The translations under genes and the position numbers were made by a program. Of a DNA stretch of 64,000 nucleotides, positions 16,660-26,622 are shown piece after piece. Position 1 is the first letter of the stretch; each line of letters begins with the position of its first letter. The stretch is from Candidatus Omnitrophota bacterium (GTDB lineage Bacteria; Omnitrophota; Gorgyraeia; Zapsychrales; JBAZNR01), in the NCBI GenBank assembly GCA_041649175.1, contig JBAZNR010000003.1, positions 143,449-207,448 of the forward strand, given 5' to 3'. Under the pieces are notes generated by a model, which did not search any database, was not told the origin of the DNA, and saw only the letters and a program-made list of their open reading frames with translations.

Positions 16660-19182
16660 ATGACATCCAAAAAGACACATCTTTGTATTCACGGACATTT
16701 CTATCAACCTCCCAGAGAAAATCCTTGGATCGAGGAAATTGAAGCTCAAGAAAATGTCGGCGGAATTTATCACGACTGGAATGAGCGTATTTCTTCTGAA
16801 TGCTACCATCCTAATGCGTTCGCGCGTGTTTTAGACGGTGAACAGCAAATCGAAAATATCGTTAATAATTATGAGTCTTTGAGCTTTAACTTTGGCCCAA
16901 CGCTTTTAAGCTGGATGGAAAAGTATGATCCGCGGACTTACGAGCGCATTATCGAAGCAGACCGTAAAAGCATCAAAGAACGCGGCGGCCATGGCAATGC
17001 CTTAGCGCAGGTTTACAATCATATTATTATGCCGCTGGCGAATCGGCGGGATAAAATAACGCAAGTGAAATGGGGTATTGCTGATTTTAAGAAACGTTTT
17101 GGTCGGACCCCCGAATCAATGTGGCTTGCGGAAACAGCTTGCAACGAAGAATCTTTGCAGGTCTTGATCGAAGAGGGAATGAAATTTCTTATTTTGGCGC
17201 CGCATCAAGCCGAGAAAATTAAGCGTTTTTCGGATGCCCATTGGAGCGATGTTTCCGGTGGTAACGTAGACCCAACGCATCCTTATCGATGTTTTTTAAA
17301 TGATAGTTCCGGTCGTTATATTGACATCTTTTTTTATGATGGCCCTGTTTCAAAATCAGTTGCCTTTGATGATCTCGTGAATGATGCCAGGATCTTTGCG
17401 CATCGCTTGGAAAATGCCCGGCGTCCGGACCGGCGCCATACCGAGCTCATCCACGTTGCCACCGACGGAGAAACATACGGGCATCATAAGATCTTCGGAG
17501 ATCGTGCCTTGGCGTATTTGTTGAAGACGGAAGCCGCAAAACACGGATTTGTGATCACCAATTACGGTGAGTTCTTGGAAAAGTTTCCACCGGAATATGA
17601 GGTTAAAATTAAATCCGGCGAAAATGGCCTAGGAACTTCCTGGAGCTGTGCGCATGGCGTGAAGCGCTGGAGTGATCATTGCGGTTGCCGGGGAGACGGC
17701 CCGGGGCATTGGCGGCAGGATTGGCGCAGGCCCTTACGCGAAACGTTCGATTGGCTTCGAGACGAGCTCGCTCTTATTTTCACGAAAGAGGGAAATAAGT
17801 ATTTTCACGATGCCTGGGAAGCGCGCAATGATTATATTAACGTGGTTTTGGACCGCAGCCATAAATCCAGGGAAGATTTCTTTCGTAAGCACGCGAAATA
17901 TATTTTATCCAAAGATGATGTGGTGATTTGCTACAAGCTTTTGGAAATGCAGCGCAGCGCAATGCTGATGTATACAAGCTGCGGATGGTTCTTTACGGAA
18001 GTTTCTGGGGAAGAAACGGTACAGGTGATCAAATATGCCGCGCGCGCTGTTCAGCTCGCCGAAAGTGTTATCAAGGCAGACTTAACGACAGAATTCAGCA
18101 GCCGTTTAAGAAAAATCAAAAGCAACATGGAATATTTTGGCGACGGAGAAGGCGTTTATGAGCATTTGGTTAAGCCTTCCATTGCTACCCTAGAGCGGGT
18201 GGTCAGCCATTTTGCGATCAGTTCCTTATTCAAGAATTACAATGATCAATTTACGATCTATGGTTATGAGTTTGAGAATTTGGATTATCGCAAGGAGAAC
18301 TTGGGGGATTTGACACTGTGCTTGGGGCGGGTTAAAGTTCGTTCCATTGTAACGTTTGAAGAAATCGATGTTGTTTATGTTCTTTTGCAATCTGAAATTT
18401 ATGATTTTTATTGTTACGTGCGGCCTTTTTCGGAAATTTCCGATTATTTAAAATTCGGCCATGAACTTTTTGGAGAATTTCTTTTAGGGCATCGTAATTC
18501 CATGGGAAAGATCATTTATGAGCGTTTTGGCACGGAATATTTTTCTCTGAAGGATCTCTTTAAAGAGGAGCGCAAGGAAATTCTGGCCTTGCTGTCTCGG
18601 GATGCCATTGAGCGGTTTAAACATTTGGCGGATGAACTTTTGCAAAAGCACCGCCGCATGATCGATGTCTATCGGATGACCAAAATCCCATTACCGGATG
18701 AATGCCGTTTTGTCGTCGAGCAAAAGCTTTCCGGGGATTTTAATGACCTGATTAATAAATCGATCCTATCTGATTCTGAGGTCTTTGATCGAGCGCATGC
18801 GATACGCGTTTTAGCTAAAGAATTGGGGTTAAAACTTAATCGTAGCCACGCAGAACAGTTTTTAACAAAGCAGCTTAACGAAACGATCGCTGGTTTGCGC
18901 ATTAAGTGGAATGATGGGAAGATCAAAGATTGTTTAAGTATGGTTAAAGTGGCTCAGCGCTTAGGCATTGAGGTTGATTTCCGTATGTCTCAAGAACATT
19001 ATTTAGCGATCGCGGAAAGGCTAGAGCATGATAAAACCTATGCGGCGACTGCCGGTGGCCAGAGTATTTTTGATTTTATTGATCTCGGCCGAAGGCTAGG
19101 GATCAACGTGGAAGCCATTAAATTAAACAGGGAAAGTCCTTTATTTAAGGCTGCGTTTTTTCCAAGCCAACCTGGCAATTAA
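16660..19182 (+). CDS. Glycoside hydrolase family 57 protein (alpha-glucan-active; amylase/branching/4-alpha-glucanotransferase type)
   Basis: N-terminal LCIHGHFYQPPRENPW and the GH57 catalytic region (WLAETACNEESL, HVATDGETYGHH). 840 aa with a long helical C-terminal extension. Confidence 0.8.
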   Translation: MTSKKTHLCIHGHFYQPPRENPWIEEIEAQENVGGIYHDWNERISSECYHPNAFARVLDGEQQIENIVNNYESLSFNFGPTLLSWMEKYDPRTYERIIEADRKSIKERGGHGNALAQVYNHIIMPLANRRDKITQVKWGIADFKKRFGRTPESMWLAETACNEESLQVLIEEGMKFLILAPHQAEKIKRFSDAHWSDVSGGNVDPTHPYRCFLNDSSGRYIDIFFYDGPVSKSVAFDDLVNDARIFAHRLENARRPDRRHTELIHVATDGETYGHHKIFGDRALAYLLKTEAAKHGFVITNYGEFLEKFPPEYEVKIKSGENGLGTSWSCAHGVKRWSDHCGCRGDGPGHWRQDWRRPLRETFDWLRDELALIFTKEGNKYFHDAWEARNDYINVVLDRSHKSREDFFRKHAKYILSKDDVVICYKLLEMQRSAMLMYTSCGWFFTEVSGEETVQVIKYAARAVQLAESVIKADLTTEFSSRLRKIKSNMEYFGDGEGVYEHLVKPSIATLERVVSHFAISSLFKNYNDQFTIYGYEFENLDYRKENLGDLTLCLGRVKVRSIVTFEEIDVVYVLLQSEIYDFYCYVRPFSEISDYLKFGHELFGEFLLGHRNSMGKIIYERFGTEYFSLKDLFKEERKEILALLSRDAIERFKHLADELLQKHRRMIDVYRMTKIPLPDECRFVVEQKLSGDFNDLINKSILSDSEVFDRAHAIRVLAKELGLKLNRSHAEQFLTKQLNETIAGLRIKWNDGKIKDCLSMVKVAQRLGIEVDFRMSQEHYLAIAERLEHDKTYAATAGGQSIFDFIDLGRRLGINVEAIKLNRESPLFKAAFFPSQPGN

Positions 19183-19247
19183 CAGCGCAAAATAGGATTG
19201 TTTAGTAGTAGTTCAAGGTCAAAGTTAACAAAAAGGAGGAGCTACAG

Positions 19248-19448
19248 ATGGCAAAGGGTAAGGTCAAGTGGTTTAACAACCAAAAAGGTTATGGTTTTAT
19301 TACCCCGGAAAGCGGCAGCGACGTTTTTGTTCATTACACCGCCATACAAGGCGATGGGTATAAAACGCTTGCGGAAGGCCAGGATGTCGAATTTGAAATT
19401 ACCAAAGGAGACAAAGGCGAACAGGCTACTAATGTTGTAAAATTATAA
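19248..19448 (+). CDS. cspA: Cold-shock protein (CspA family)
   Basis: [21 protein letters not shown]...VFVHYTAIQ is the canonical CSD. RBS AAAAGGAGGA. Confidence 0.95.
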   Translation: MAKGKVKWFNNQKGYGFITPESGSDVFVHYTAIQGDGYKTLAEGQDVEFEITKGDKGEQATNVVKL

Positions 19449-19460
19449 TACGAAAAATTG

Positions 19461-19517
19461 AGGGGCTGTTTTGTTCGCTATCGGATTACTAGCGAACGAA
19501 ACAGCCCCTTTCATTTT
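19461..19517 (+). terminator. Rho-independent terminator after cspA
   Basis: 19-bp perfect stem aggggctgttttgttcgct / agcgaacgaaacagcccct followed by TTCATTTT. Confidence 0.85.
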
Positions 19518-19591
19518 AGTTTTCCTCCCGCTTCCTGGCGGGTTTTTTGTTTGACGAAAATCATATTTAGCGATAAGCTATAGCCATTATT

Positions 19592-20491
19592 ATGGTTACA
19601 AAAAATATCCCTTCCAGGAAAACCACATGGGAAATCAGCATCGATTGCAGTCATTACGATCTTTCCGCTCAAAAGATCTTGAAAAATCTCCTTATTAACC
19701 GTTGCGGCGTTGACCCCTTTAAGGTGATTGAATATAACACGAATTTATCTCGGCAAATACGGGTTTACCCCGGATCACATCAAGAAGCCAAAAAACTTAG
19801 AAGAATAATTTCAAATTTTCAGCTGAACAGTATCAAAATCCGGTTGCGATGTCTTAAAGTTGTGCAGTGGCGCGACCGATGGAAGAAAGATTTTCATATT
19901 TTTGCGCTTACGCCGCGCATTGACATTGTCCCAACTTGGCAAAAAAAGATCTATAAACCAAGCACTCGCCGCCCAATTTTTATAAATACCGCGACGTCCT
20001 TTGGGACAGGGTTGCATGAGACAACAAGGTTCATGGCGCATTTAATTGAATCTTGCCGCGGCCGTTTTGAAAGCTTTCTTGATATCGGTACCGGAACCGG
20101 GATCCTTTCTTTAGTGGCGTTTTTATCCGGAGCTCAAAATGTTCAAGCCATTGATATTGATGCAAACTGCATTGAGACTGCAAAAGGAAATTTCCGTTTG
20201 AATCGGCGTTTGCCCGACAAAGTCCAAGCGGTTGATTTTGGAAAAATGAAAACCTTAAAACAATTCGACCTTATCGCGGCAAATTTGCTGACGGATGACC
20301 TTATCGTCATGAAAAGAAAGATCGTTTCCAAAGTTAAGCCCGGAAAATTTTTGGCGGTTTCCGGCATCTCACTTGAGAATCTGCCGCGTCTTAAAAAGAC
20401 ATTTTGTGGCTTGCCATTACGCTGTTTAAAAATTAAAAAAGGCCGCGCCTGGGCCGCGCTTCTTTATCAAAGAAAAGGGAAAAACAAATGA
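19592..20491 (+). CDS. prmA: Ribosomal protein L11 methyltransferase
   Basis: FGTGLHETTRFMAHLIE, LDIGTGTGILSLVAFLSGA, AIDIDANCIETAKGN. Confidence 0.8.
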   Translation: MVTKNIPSRKTTWEISIDCSHYDLSAQKILKNLLINRCGVDPFKVIEYNTNLSRQIRVYPGSHQEAKKLRRIISNFQLNSIKIRLRCLKVVQWRDRWKKDFHIFALTPRIDIVPTWQKKIYKPSTRRPIFINTATSFGTGLHETTRFMAHLIESCRGRFESFLDIGTGTGILSLVAFLSGAQNVQAIDIDANCIETAKGNFRLNRRLPDKVQAVDFGKMKTLKQFDLIAANLLTDDLIVMKRKIVSKVKPGKFLAVSGISLENLPRLKKTFCGLPLRCLKIKKGRAWAALLYQRKGKNK

Positions 20492-20913
20492 ATCCTTTTG
20501 GCGTTTCTGAAGAAAAATATTTAACTCAATTAAAGAAAATGGCCCGCTTAAAAGTCCTTGAGCGTGATCTCGAAGAATCCTTTATTCGTTCATCCGGGCC
20601 AGGCGGTCAAAATGTCAACAAAGTCGCTACCTGTGTCGTCTTGCGCCATCAACCGACAGGCATTGTTGTCAAGTGCCAGCAAGAGCGTCAGCAAGCCTTG
20701 AACCGGTTTTTAGCGCGCCGCTTGCTTTTAAATGAAATTGAACGCCGGCAAGCTGATCTTATTTTAAAAGAAATGAATCAGCGAGAGAAAATACGGCGTC
20801 AAAAGCGCAAGCGCTCAAAAAATTCTAAAGAAGAGATCTTGAAGCGAAAACATATTCACGGGCAAAAGAAGAAAGACCGTCAACCGTTAAGCCTTCATCG
20901 ATTTAAAGAATAA
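20488..20913 (+). CDS. arfB: Peptidyl-tRNA hydrolase ArfB (RF-1 domain, GGQ motif, basic C-tail)
   Basis: SSGPGGQNVNKVATCVVLRHQPTGIVVKCQQERQQ followed by a K/R-rich tail. ~140 aa. ATGA-coupled to prmA. Confidence 0.75.
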   Translation: MNPFGVSEEKYLTQLKKMARLKVLERDLEESFIRSSGPGGQNVNKVATCVVLRHQPTGIVVKCQQERQQALNRFLARRLLLNEIERRQADLILKEMNQREKIRRQKRKRSKNSKEEILKRKHIHGQKKKDRQPLSLHRFKE

Positions 20914-20914
20914 A

Positions 20915-21760
20915 ATGCAATTGATCATTAATGCGGATGATGCCGGTATCGATATTGGAAGAAACCAGGGGATATTTGAAGCTGTCCAAAAAGGAGTCGT
21001 TACTAGTATTTCGCTGATCGTAGGGCAGGCTGGCTGGCAAGATGCTTTAAGTCAAATCCGAAAAAATTCGAATGTGGGCGTCGGCTTGCATTTCAATCTT
21101 ACAGCCGGAAAACCAATTGCCCAAGGATTAAAAACTATTGTTAAGCCTGACGGCTGTTTCTTTAATAAGTTTGAACTGTGGCAACGGTCTGTCGATGGAG
21201 TGATCGACTCGGATGAAGTTGCCAGGGAATTTTACGCACAGCTTGATGCTTTTAAAAAGGCCGGGCTTAAGCTTTCGCATGTGGACGGGCATAACCATGT
21301 TCATCTTTTACCTTGTGTTCGGGATGGATTCTTAAAGGCTGCTCCGGCGCGTAGTTGGGTTAGGCTTCCATTTGAGCACAGCAAGGATTCGCGAAATCCT
21401 CTTAAGGAAGACGCTTATTCTGTGTATAATAATGCCGAATTCTTAGTTCCGGCGGCGAACTTTTTATCACAGGAAGCTTTTGGGATTTGGAAAGACCGTT
21501 TTCGCTATATTGATGATTTTTCTGGAACGCTTCTAACGCCTTATCCGACTCTGGAAGGTTTTAAAAAGGCTGTAACCGAATTGCGTGGAAATGTTTGTGA
21601 ATTAATGTGTCATCCCGGGGGAAAGCCGCAAAGCGATGCGGTTAATTTCTCAAAGCTAATGGAACGTCAAAAAGAATTTCAAATTCTCACAAGTACGTCG
21701 TTCAAAGGATTTCTTAATGAACAAAACATCCACCTTATTTCTTATCAAGATCTAAATTAA
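20915..21760 (+). CDS. YdjC/ChbG-family carbohydrate deacetylase
   Basis: MQLIINADDAGIDIGRNQGIFEA...GVGLHFNLTAGKP...HVDGHNHVH matches the YdjC family. Confidence 0.75.
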   Translation: MQLIINADDAGIDIGRNQGIFEAVQKGVVTSISLIVGQAGWQDALSQIRKNSNVGVGLHFNLTAGKPIAQGLKTIVKPDGCFFNKFELWQRSVDGVIDSDEVAREFYAQLDAFKKAGLKLSHVDGHNHVHLLPCVRDGFLKAAPARSWVRLPFEHSKDSRNPLKEDAYSVYNNAEFLVPAANFLSQEAFGIWKDRFRYIDDFSGTLLTPYPTLEGFKKAVTELRGNVCELMCHPGGKPQSDAVNFSKLMERQKEFQILTSTSFKGFLNEQNIHLISYQDLN

Positions 21761-21761
21761 T

Positions 21762-22967
21762 ATGATTTCCGTCGATAAGGCATTGAATATTATTTTGAAA
21801 AGACTGAGGCTTGTTTCTCGCGAGCGAGTATCTTTTCAAGAATCTTTAGGCCGTGTTTTGGCTAAAGATATTAAAGCGACGATCAATCTTCCTCCGTTTA
21901 GCCGTTCCTCCGTGGATGGTTTTGCCGTTCGCAGCATTGATGTGAAAAAAGTTCTGGCAGAGAAAAGTGCTGAGTTTAAGATCGTCGGCAGAATTCAAGC
22001 GGGGAGCCATCCGTTAAAATGTTTAAGAAAATTTGAGACAATGAAAATTATGACCGGGGCTATGATCCCCGCTGGAGCGGATGCGGTTATTATGAAAGAA
22101 TATGCTCAAGAATTGGATGGGCAAGTTAAATTCTTAAGGGTTGTGCGGAGCGGTGAAAATATTCGATTTAAGGGAGAAGACACAAAGAAGGGCGCAACTG
22201 TTTTGAAAAAGGGAAACCTCGTCACTTCGGGTGTTGTTTCGCTTTTAGCCGCATTGGGGACCAAAAAGATTGCGATTTATCGGAAGCCAAAAGTAGCTGT
22301 TCTTGTGACAGGCAATGAACTGTTAAGTATTGGCAGGCGGCTAACCCCAGGAAAGATCTATAGCGCTAATGAGTTTGGGCTTTTTGGGCAAATTAAAGAA
22401 GCGGGAGGCAAGCCTGTATTGCTAGGCGTGGCGGCGGATCGCTTAAGTGTTTTACGCAAGAAGATTTTGCAGGGATTTAAGTACGATTGTTTTATTATTT
22501 CCGGTGGAGTATCGGTGGGAGATTTTGATTTTGTTCCGCGGATTCTGAAAAAACTAAGCGTGAAGATACATTTTCACGGAGTATCTGTACAGCCGGGGAA
22601 GCCTCTTTTATTTGGGCAAAAAGGCAAAACGTATGTTTTTGGCCTTCCGGGTAATCCGGTTTCTACCGCAATGACTTTTTATAAATTTGTTCGGCCGTTG
22701 CTCCTTAAAATAGGCGGGCAAGATAATATTTTATTGAAAAGCAGCATGGCAATATTAGCGGAAGATGTTAAAATGCAGGCACGACGTTCGAAGATTTTTA
22801 GGGCAGAAAGTTTTTGGAAGAACAATGATCTTTTTGTGCGATTGGCGAGCCATCAGGGCTCCGGTAACGTTGTGTCTTTAGCAAAAGCAACTGCGATCTT
22901 TGAAGTTCCGGAAGACGTTTCATTCTTAAAGAAAGGGACAAGGCTGAGGATTTTTTACTTACCTTGA
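21762..22967 (+). CDS. moeA: Molybdopterin molybdenumtransferase
   Basis: FSRSSVDGFAV...MTGAMIPAGADAV...IISGGVSVGDFDFV...GLPGNPVS. Confidence 0.85.
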   Translation: MISVDKALNIILKRLRLVSRERVSFQESLGRVLAKDIKATINLPPFSRSSVDGFAVRSIDVKKVLAEKSAEFKIVGRIQAGSHPLKCLRKFETMKIMTGAMIPAGADAVIMKEYAQELDGQVKFLRVVRSGENIRFKGEDTKKGATVLKKGNLVTSGVVSLLAALGTKKIAIYRKPKVAVLVTGNELLSIGRRLTPGKIYSANEFGLFGQIKEAGGKPVLLGVAADRLSVLRKKILQGFKYDCFIISGGVSVGDFDFVPRILKKLSVKIHFHGVSVQPGKPLLFGQKGKTYVFGLPGNPVSTAMTFYKFVRPLLLKIGGQDNILLKSSMAILAEDVKMQARRSKIFRAESFWKNNDLFVRLASHQGSGNVVSLAKATAIFEVPEDVSFLKKGTRLRIFYLP

Positions 22968-23470
22968 TCACGGTTAAAAGAATTAAAGCGATGACGAAAA
23001 AGAAAATAAATCATCAAAAATTGGGAATGGTTGATGTAAGCCATAAGCCGATCACAAAAAGGATAGCGATTGCTTCAGCAACCATTGCAATGAGCAAAGT
23101 TACTTTTATGGCTCTTATGAAGAATCGTTCTCCTAAGGGTAATGTTTTGGAAGCCGCAAAAATAGCCGGCATTATGGCGGCGAAGAAAACACCGGACATT
23201 ATTCCTCTGTGCCATCCTTTAGAAATTCAGAAAGTAAATGTGGAATTTGAATTAAGCCGATTAGATTGTTCCGTTTTAGCAAAAGCAACAGTAATTTGTT
23301 TGGGGCGAACCGGTGTTGAAATGGAAGCGTTAACGGCAGCGACGGTAGCTGTTTTAACGATTTACGATATGATGAAGTGGTCTGATAGAACGATGGTTAT
23401 TAAAGATATTATATTATTGCATAAAAACGGCGGAAAGAGCGGATCGTATAACAGAAAGAAGAAACAATAA
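22964..23470 (+). CDS. moaC: Cyclic pyranopterin monophosphate synthase
   Basis: MVDVSHKPITKRIA...GNVLEAAKIAGIMAAKKT...IPLCHPL. ATGA-coupled to moeA. Confidence 0.88.
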   Translation: MITVKRIKAMTKKKINHQKLGMVDVSHKPITKRIAIASATIAMSKVTFMALMKNRSPKGNVLEAAKIAGIMAAKKTPDIIPLCHPLEIQKVNVEFELSRLDCSVLAKATVICLGRTGVEMEALTAATVAVLTIYDMMKWSDRTMVIKDIILLHKNGGKSGSYNRKKKQ

Positions 23471-24492
23471 TGGTTAATATCGGTTTGATCGGTTGTGGTT
23501 ATTGGGGACCCAATCTTCTTCGCAGTTTTAATAGTATTTCTGATTGTCGTGTCCAAAAAGTAGCGGAATTAGATGCTGCCCGTCTTGCGTATATTCAACA
23601 GAATTATCCGACTGTTTCTATAACAAAGAATTACAAGGATTTATTAGGAAGCAAGATCGATGCCGTAGTGATCGCGACGCCGGCGCGCACTCATTTTCAA
23701 TTTGCCAAAGAAGCTATTCAAAATAAAAAGCATGTTTTGATCGAAAAGCCAATGGCCATGACGGTCAAAGAGGCTAAAGAGTTAATGGCACTTGCCCAAA
23801 AAAACCGATGCAAAATCATGGTGGGTCATACCTTTGAATACAATGCGGCAGTAAGAAGTTTAAAAAAATATATTCAAAACGGGACGATTGGCCAGCCGTA
23901 TTATCTTTACGCTCAGCGGCTTAATTTTGGCATCGTACGTAGCGACATTAATGCTCTATGGAACTTAGCGCCGCATGATATTTCGATTCTACTCTATCTT
24001 TTAGAAAAAATGCCTTTAGCAGTCTCGGCCAGGGGCGATGATTTTATCCAAAAGGGAATTGAAGATGTTGTTTTTGTCGTTTTATATTTTCCCGGTGATA
24101 TCATGGCTCATATCCATGTCAGCTGGCTTGACCCGAACAAAACCAGGAAACTAACGGTGGTGGGCAGTGAGAAAATGATCGTTTACGATGATGTCAGTGA
24201 TGCCAAGATCCAGATCTATGATAAGGGAATTAAGAAAAAGAATATCAAAGATTCTCTGGGAGAGTATGATGACTTTGCAAAATTTCAAACGGCAAAAGTT
24301 GCCGGAGATAAAACCATCCCGAAAATTGATTTTATCGAACCTTTGAAAACAGAATGTGCTCATTTTATTGATTGCATTTTGAATGATAAAACTCCTCTTA
24401 CAGATGGATTAAATGGCTTGCGTGTTGTACGCGTTTTAGAAGCGGCGCAAGAATCCATGAAGCGCAACGGACAATTAATCAATGTGAAATAA
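23470..24492 (+). CDS. Gfo/Idh/MocA-family NAD(P)-dependent sugar oxidoreductase
   Basis: VNIGLIGCGYWGPNLLRSF Rossmann start, then EKPMAMTVKEA. First gene of the glycan island. Confidence 0.85.
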   Translation: MVNIGLIGCGYWGPNLLRSFNSISDCRVQKVAELDAARLAYIQQNYPTVSITKNYKDLLGSKIDAVVIATPARTHFQFAKEAIQNKKHVLIEKPMAMTVKEAKELMALAQKNRCKIMVGHTFEYNAAVRSLKKYIQNGTIGQPYYLYAQRLNFGIVRSDINALWNLAPHDISILLYLLEKMPLAVSARGDDFIQKGIEDVVFVVLYFPGDIMAHIHVSWLDPNKTRKLTVVGSEKMIVYDDVSDAKIQIYDKGIKKKNIKDSLGEYDDFAKFQTAKVAGDKTIPKIDFIEPLKTECAHFIDCILNDKTPLTDGLNGLRVVRVLEAAQESMKRNGQLINVK

Positions 24493-24499
24493 ATTTCTT

Positions 24500-25618
24500 A
24501 TGATAAAAATCCCTTTAGTTGATTTAAAAAGACAATATCAAACGATCAAAAAAGAGATTGACCGAGCACTTTTAGATATTGTTGAGCGTTCGTCTTTTAT
24601 ATCAGGTCCGGAAATAAATACTTTTGAACGATCTTTTGCAAAGATGTGCGGCGCGGATTGTGCGGTTGCCGTAAGCTCGGGCACAACGGCTATTTATTTA
24701 GCGTTGATGGCGTTAAAAATTGGAAAGGGTGATGAGGTTATTACGGCGCCGAATACTTTTATCGCGACAACGGAGGCTATTTCGCAAACCGGCGCTAAAG
24801 TTGTTTTTGCTGATGTGGATGACCGAACGCTGAACATTGATCCAGAAAAACTTAAAAAAATGATCACACGGCGGACAAAAGCCGTCATTCCGGTCCATCT
24901 GTACGGACAAATGTGTGATATGGATGCGATCATGAACATCGCAAGGCGCCATCATTTATTAGTCATTGAGGATGCGGCTCAGGCTCATCTAAGCGAGTTT
25001 AAAGGAAAAAGAGCCGGAAGCTTTGGCGCGGCGGGTTGTTTTAGCTTTTTCCCGGGTAAAAATCTGGGAGCTTACGGTGATGCCGGAGCCATTGTTACTA
25101 ATGATAAAAAACTGGCAAAAGAGATGAAAATGCTCTCTGATCATGGGCGCATTGCCAAATATGAGCATCTCAAAGAAGGTTATAATTACCGCATGGATAA
25201 TATTCAGGCGGCTATTTTAAATATCAAATTAAAATATTTACCGCGCTGGACAGAAAAACGCAGAAAAATTGCTCAACGATACAGTGAATTATTTGCAGGA
25301 ACCGATATAAAAACTCCTTACATTGATCTTCGCGCCAAGCCTGTTTATCACCAGTATGTTGTCCGCATAAAAAACAGAGATAAAGTTCAGGGTTATTTAA
25401 TCGAGCAGGGAATATCAACGGGAATTCATTACCCCATTGCGCTTCATTTGCAAAAGGCGTATCGCTATTTGGGCTATAAAAAAGGTGATTTTCCAATTGT
25501 GGAAAAGGCTGCCAGCGAAATCTTGTCTCTTCCTATTTTTCCGGAATTAACCGAGAACGAAATGCAGATCATTGTGCGGGCATTAAAAACAGCCTGTGCG
25601 AAATCGTTCGGAGCATAA
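24500..25618 (+). CDS. DegT/DnrJ/EryC1/StrS-family PLP-dependent sugar aminotransferase
   Basis: SGPEINTFERSFA...AVSSGTTAIYLAL...VIPVHLYGQMCDMD...FSFFPGKNLGAYGDAGAI. Confidence 0.9.
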   Translation: MIKIPLVDLKRQYQTIKKEIDRALLDIVERSSFISGPEINTFERSFAKMCGADCAVAVSSGTTAIYLALMALKIGKGDEVITAPNTFIATTEAISQTGAKVVFADVDDRTLNIDPEKLKKMITRRTKAVIPVHLYGQMCDMDAIMNIARRHHLLVIEDAAQAHLSEFKGKRAGSFGAAGCFSFFPGKNLGAYGDAGAIVTNDKKLAKEMKMLSDHGRIAKYEHLKEGYNYRMDNIQAAILNIKLKYLPRWTEKRRKIAQRYSELFAGTDIKTPYIDLRAKPVYHQYVVRIKNRDKVQGYLIEQGISTGIHYPIALHLQKAYRYLGYKKGDFPIVEKAASEILSLPIFPELTENEMQIIVRALKTACAKSFGA

Positions 25619-25645
25619 AATATAAACCTACCAAGAGGATAAAAT

Positions 25646-26590
25646 ATGTACCGAAATAAAAAGATTTCCATTGTGATCCCGGCCTACAATGAAGAAAAGC
25701 TGATCAAGCCTACCTTGGAACATATTCCGCCGTTAATTGATAAGATCTATGTTATTGATGATGCAAGCACGGACGGCATGACGGCCATTGTTAAAGAAAT
25801 AGCCAGGAAAGACTCTCGTGTCGAGCTTATTTCCCATCCCAAAAACGAAGGGCCGGGGCAAGCCATTATTACGGGGTATTTACGGTCGTCGAAAGATGGA
25901 TTTGACATTACAGTTGTGGTTGGTGGGGATTTTCAAATGCCCCTAGAACAAGTTGAGCAATTTTTAGATCCTTTAATTGACGGACAGGCGGATTATGCAA
26001 AGGGAAATAGATTCTTACTCTGGGATATTACACGCGAACAGATGCCGAGAATTAGGATTTTAGGAAATATCATTATTACGGGATTGACGAAAATTGCTTC
26101 CGGCTACTACAAAGTGATGGATGTGGTGGATGGTTATACGGCGATTACAAAAAGAGCCATTGAGACGATCAACTGGGATAATGCTTGGAAAAAATACGGA
26201 TATCCAATGGATTTTCTGATTAGGCTCAATGCTTACGGGTTTCGGGTCAAAGATATTGCCCGGACGCCCATTTATTTAAAAGGCGAAAGGCAGTCGCAGA
26301 TCAAGGGGTTTCGTTATGCGCTTAAGACATCACCGATGCTTATCCGGGGATTTATCTGGAGAATGCTTTTTAAATATGTTTACCGCGATTTTCATCCGCT
26401 TGTTTTTTTCTTTTTTTGCGGGTTAGTGTTTTTGCCTTTGGGGTTATTATTTGGGCTTTATTTAATATATTTATCTTTGGCCGGGATCGGTGTTTCCGGG
26501 CCCAAAGCGATCCTTTGCGCGCTGCTTGTTTTGACGGGACTGCAGTTTGTTCTGTTCGGCATGTGGTTTGATATGGAAGCGAGCAAGTAG
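25646..26590 (+). CDS. Family 2 glycosyltransferase (Dpm1/polyprenyl-phosphate sugar synthase-like) with C-terminal TM helices
   Basis: ISIVIPAYNEE...YVIDDASTDGM...DGDFQMP, then two hydrophobic helices. Confidence 0.85.
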   Translation: MYRNKKISIVIPAYNEEKLIKPTLEHIPPLIDKIYVIDDASTDGMTAIVKEIARKDSRVELISHPKNEGPGQAIITGYLRSSKDGFDITVVVGGDFQMPLEQVEQFLDPLIDGQADYAKGNRFLLWDITREQMPRIRILGNIIITGLTKIASGYYKVMDVVDGYTAITKRAIETINWDNAWKKYGYPMDFLIRLNAYGFRVKDIARTPIYLKGERQSQIKGFRYALKTSPMLIRGFIWRMLFKYVYRDFHPLVFFFFCGLVFLPLGLLFGLYLIYLSLAGIGVSGPKAILCALLVLTGLQFVLFGMWFDMEASK

Positions 26591-26622
26591 GCAAACTTTT
26601 TAAAGAAAAAATTTGAGGAACA

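Noticed and set aside
19198-19440. 80-aa ORF overlapping cspA in another frame
   Set aside because: cspA is unambiguous with a perfect RBS. The overlapping frame is basic low-complexity sequence.
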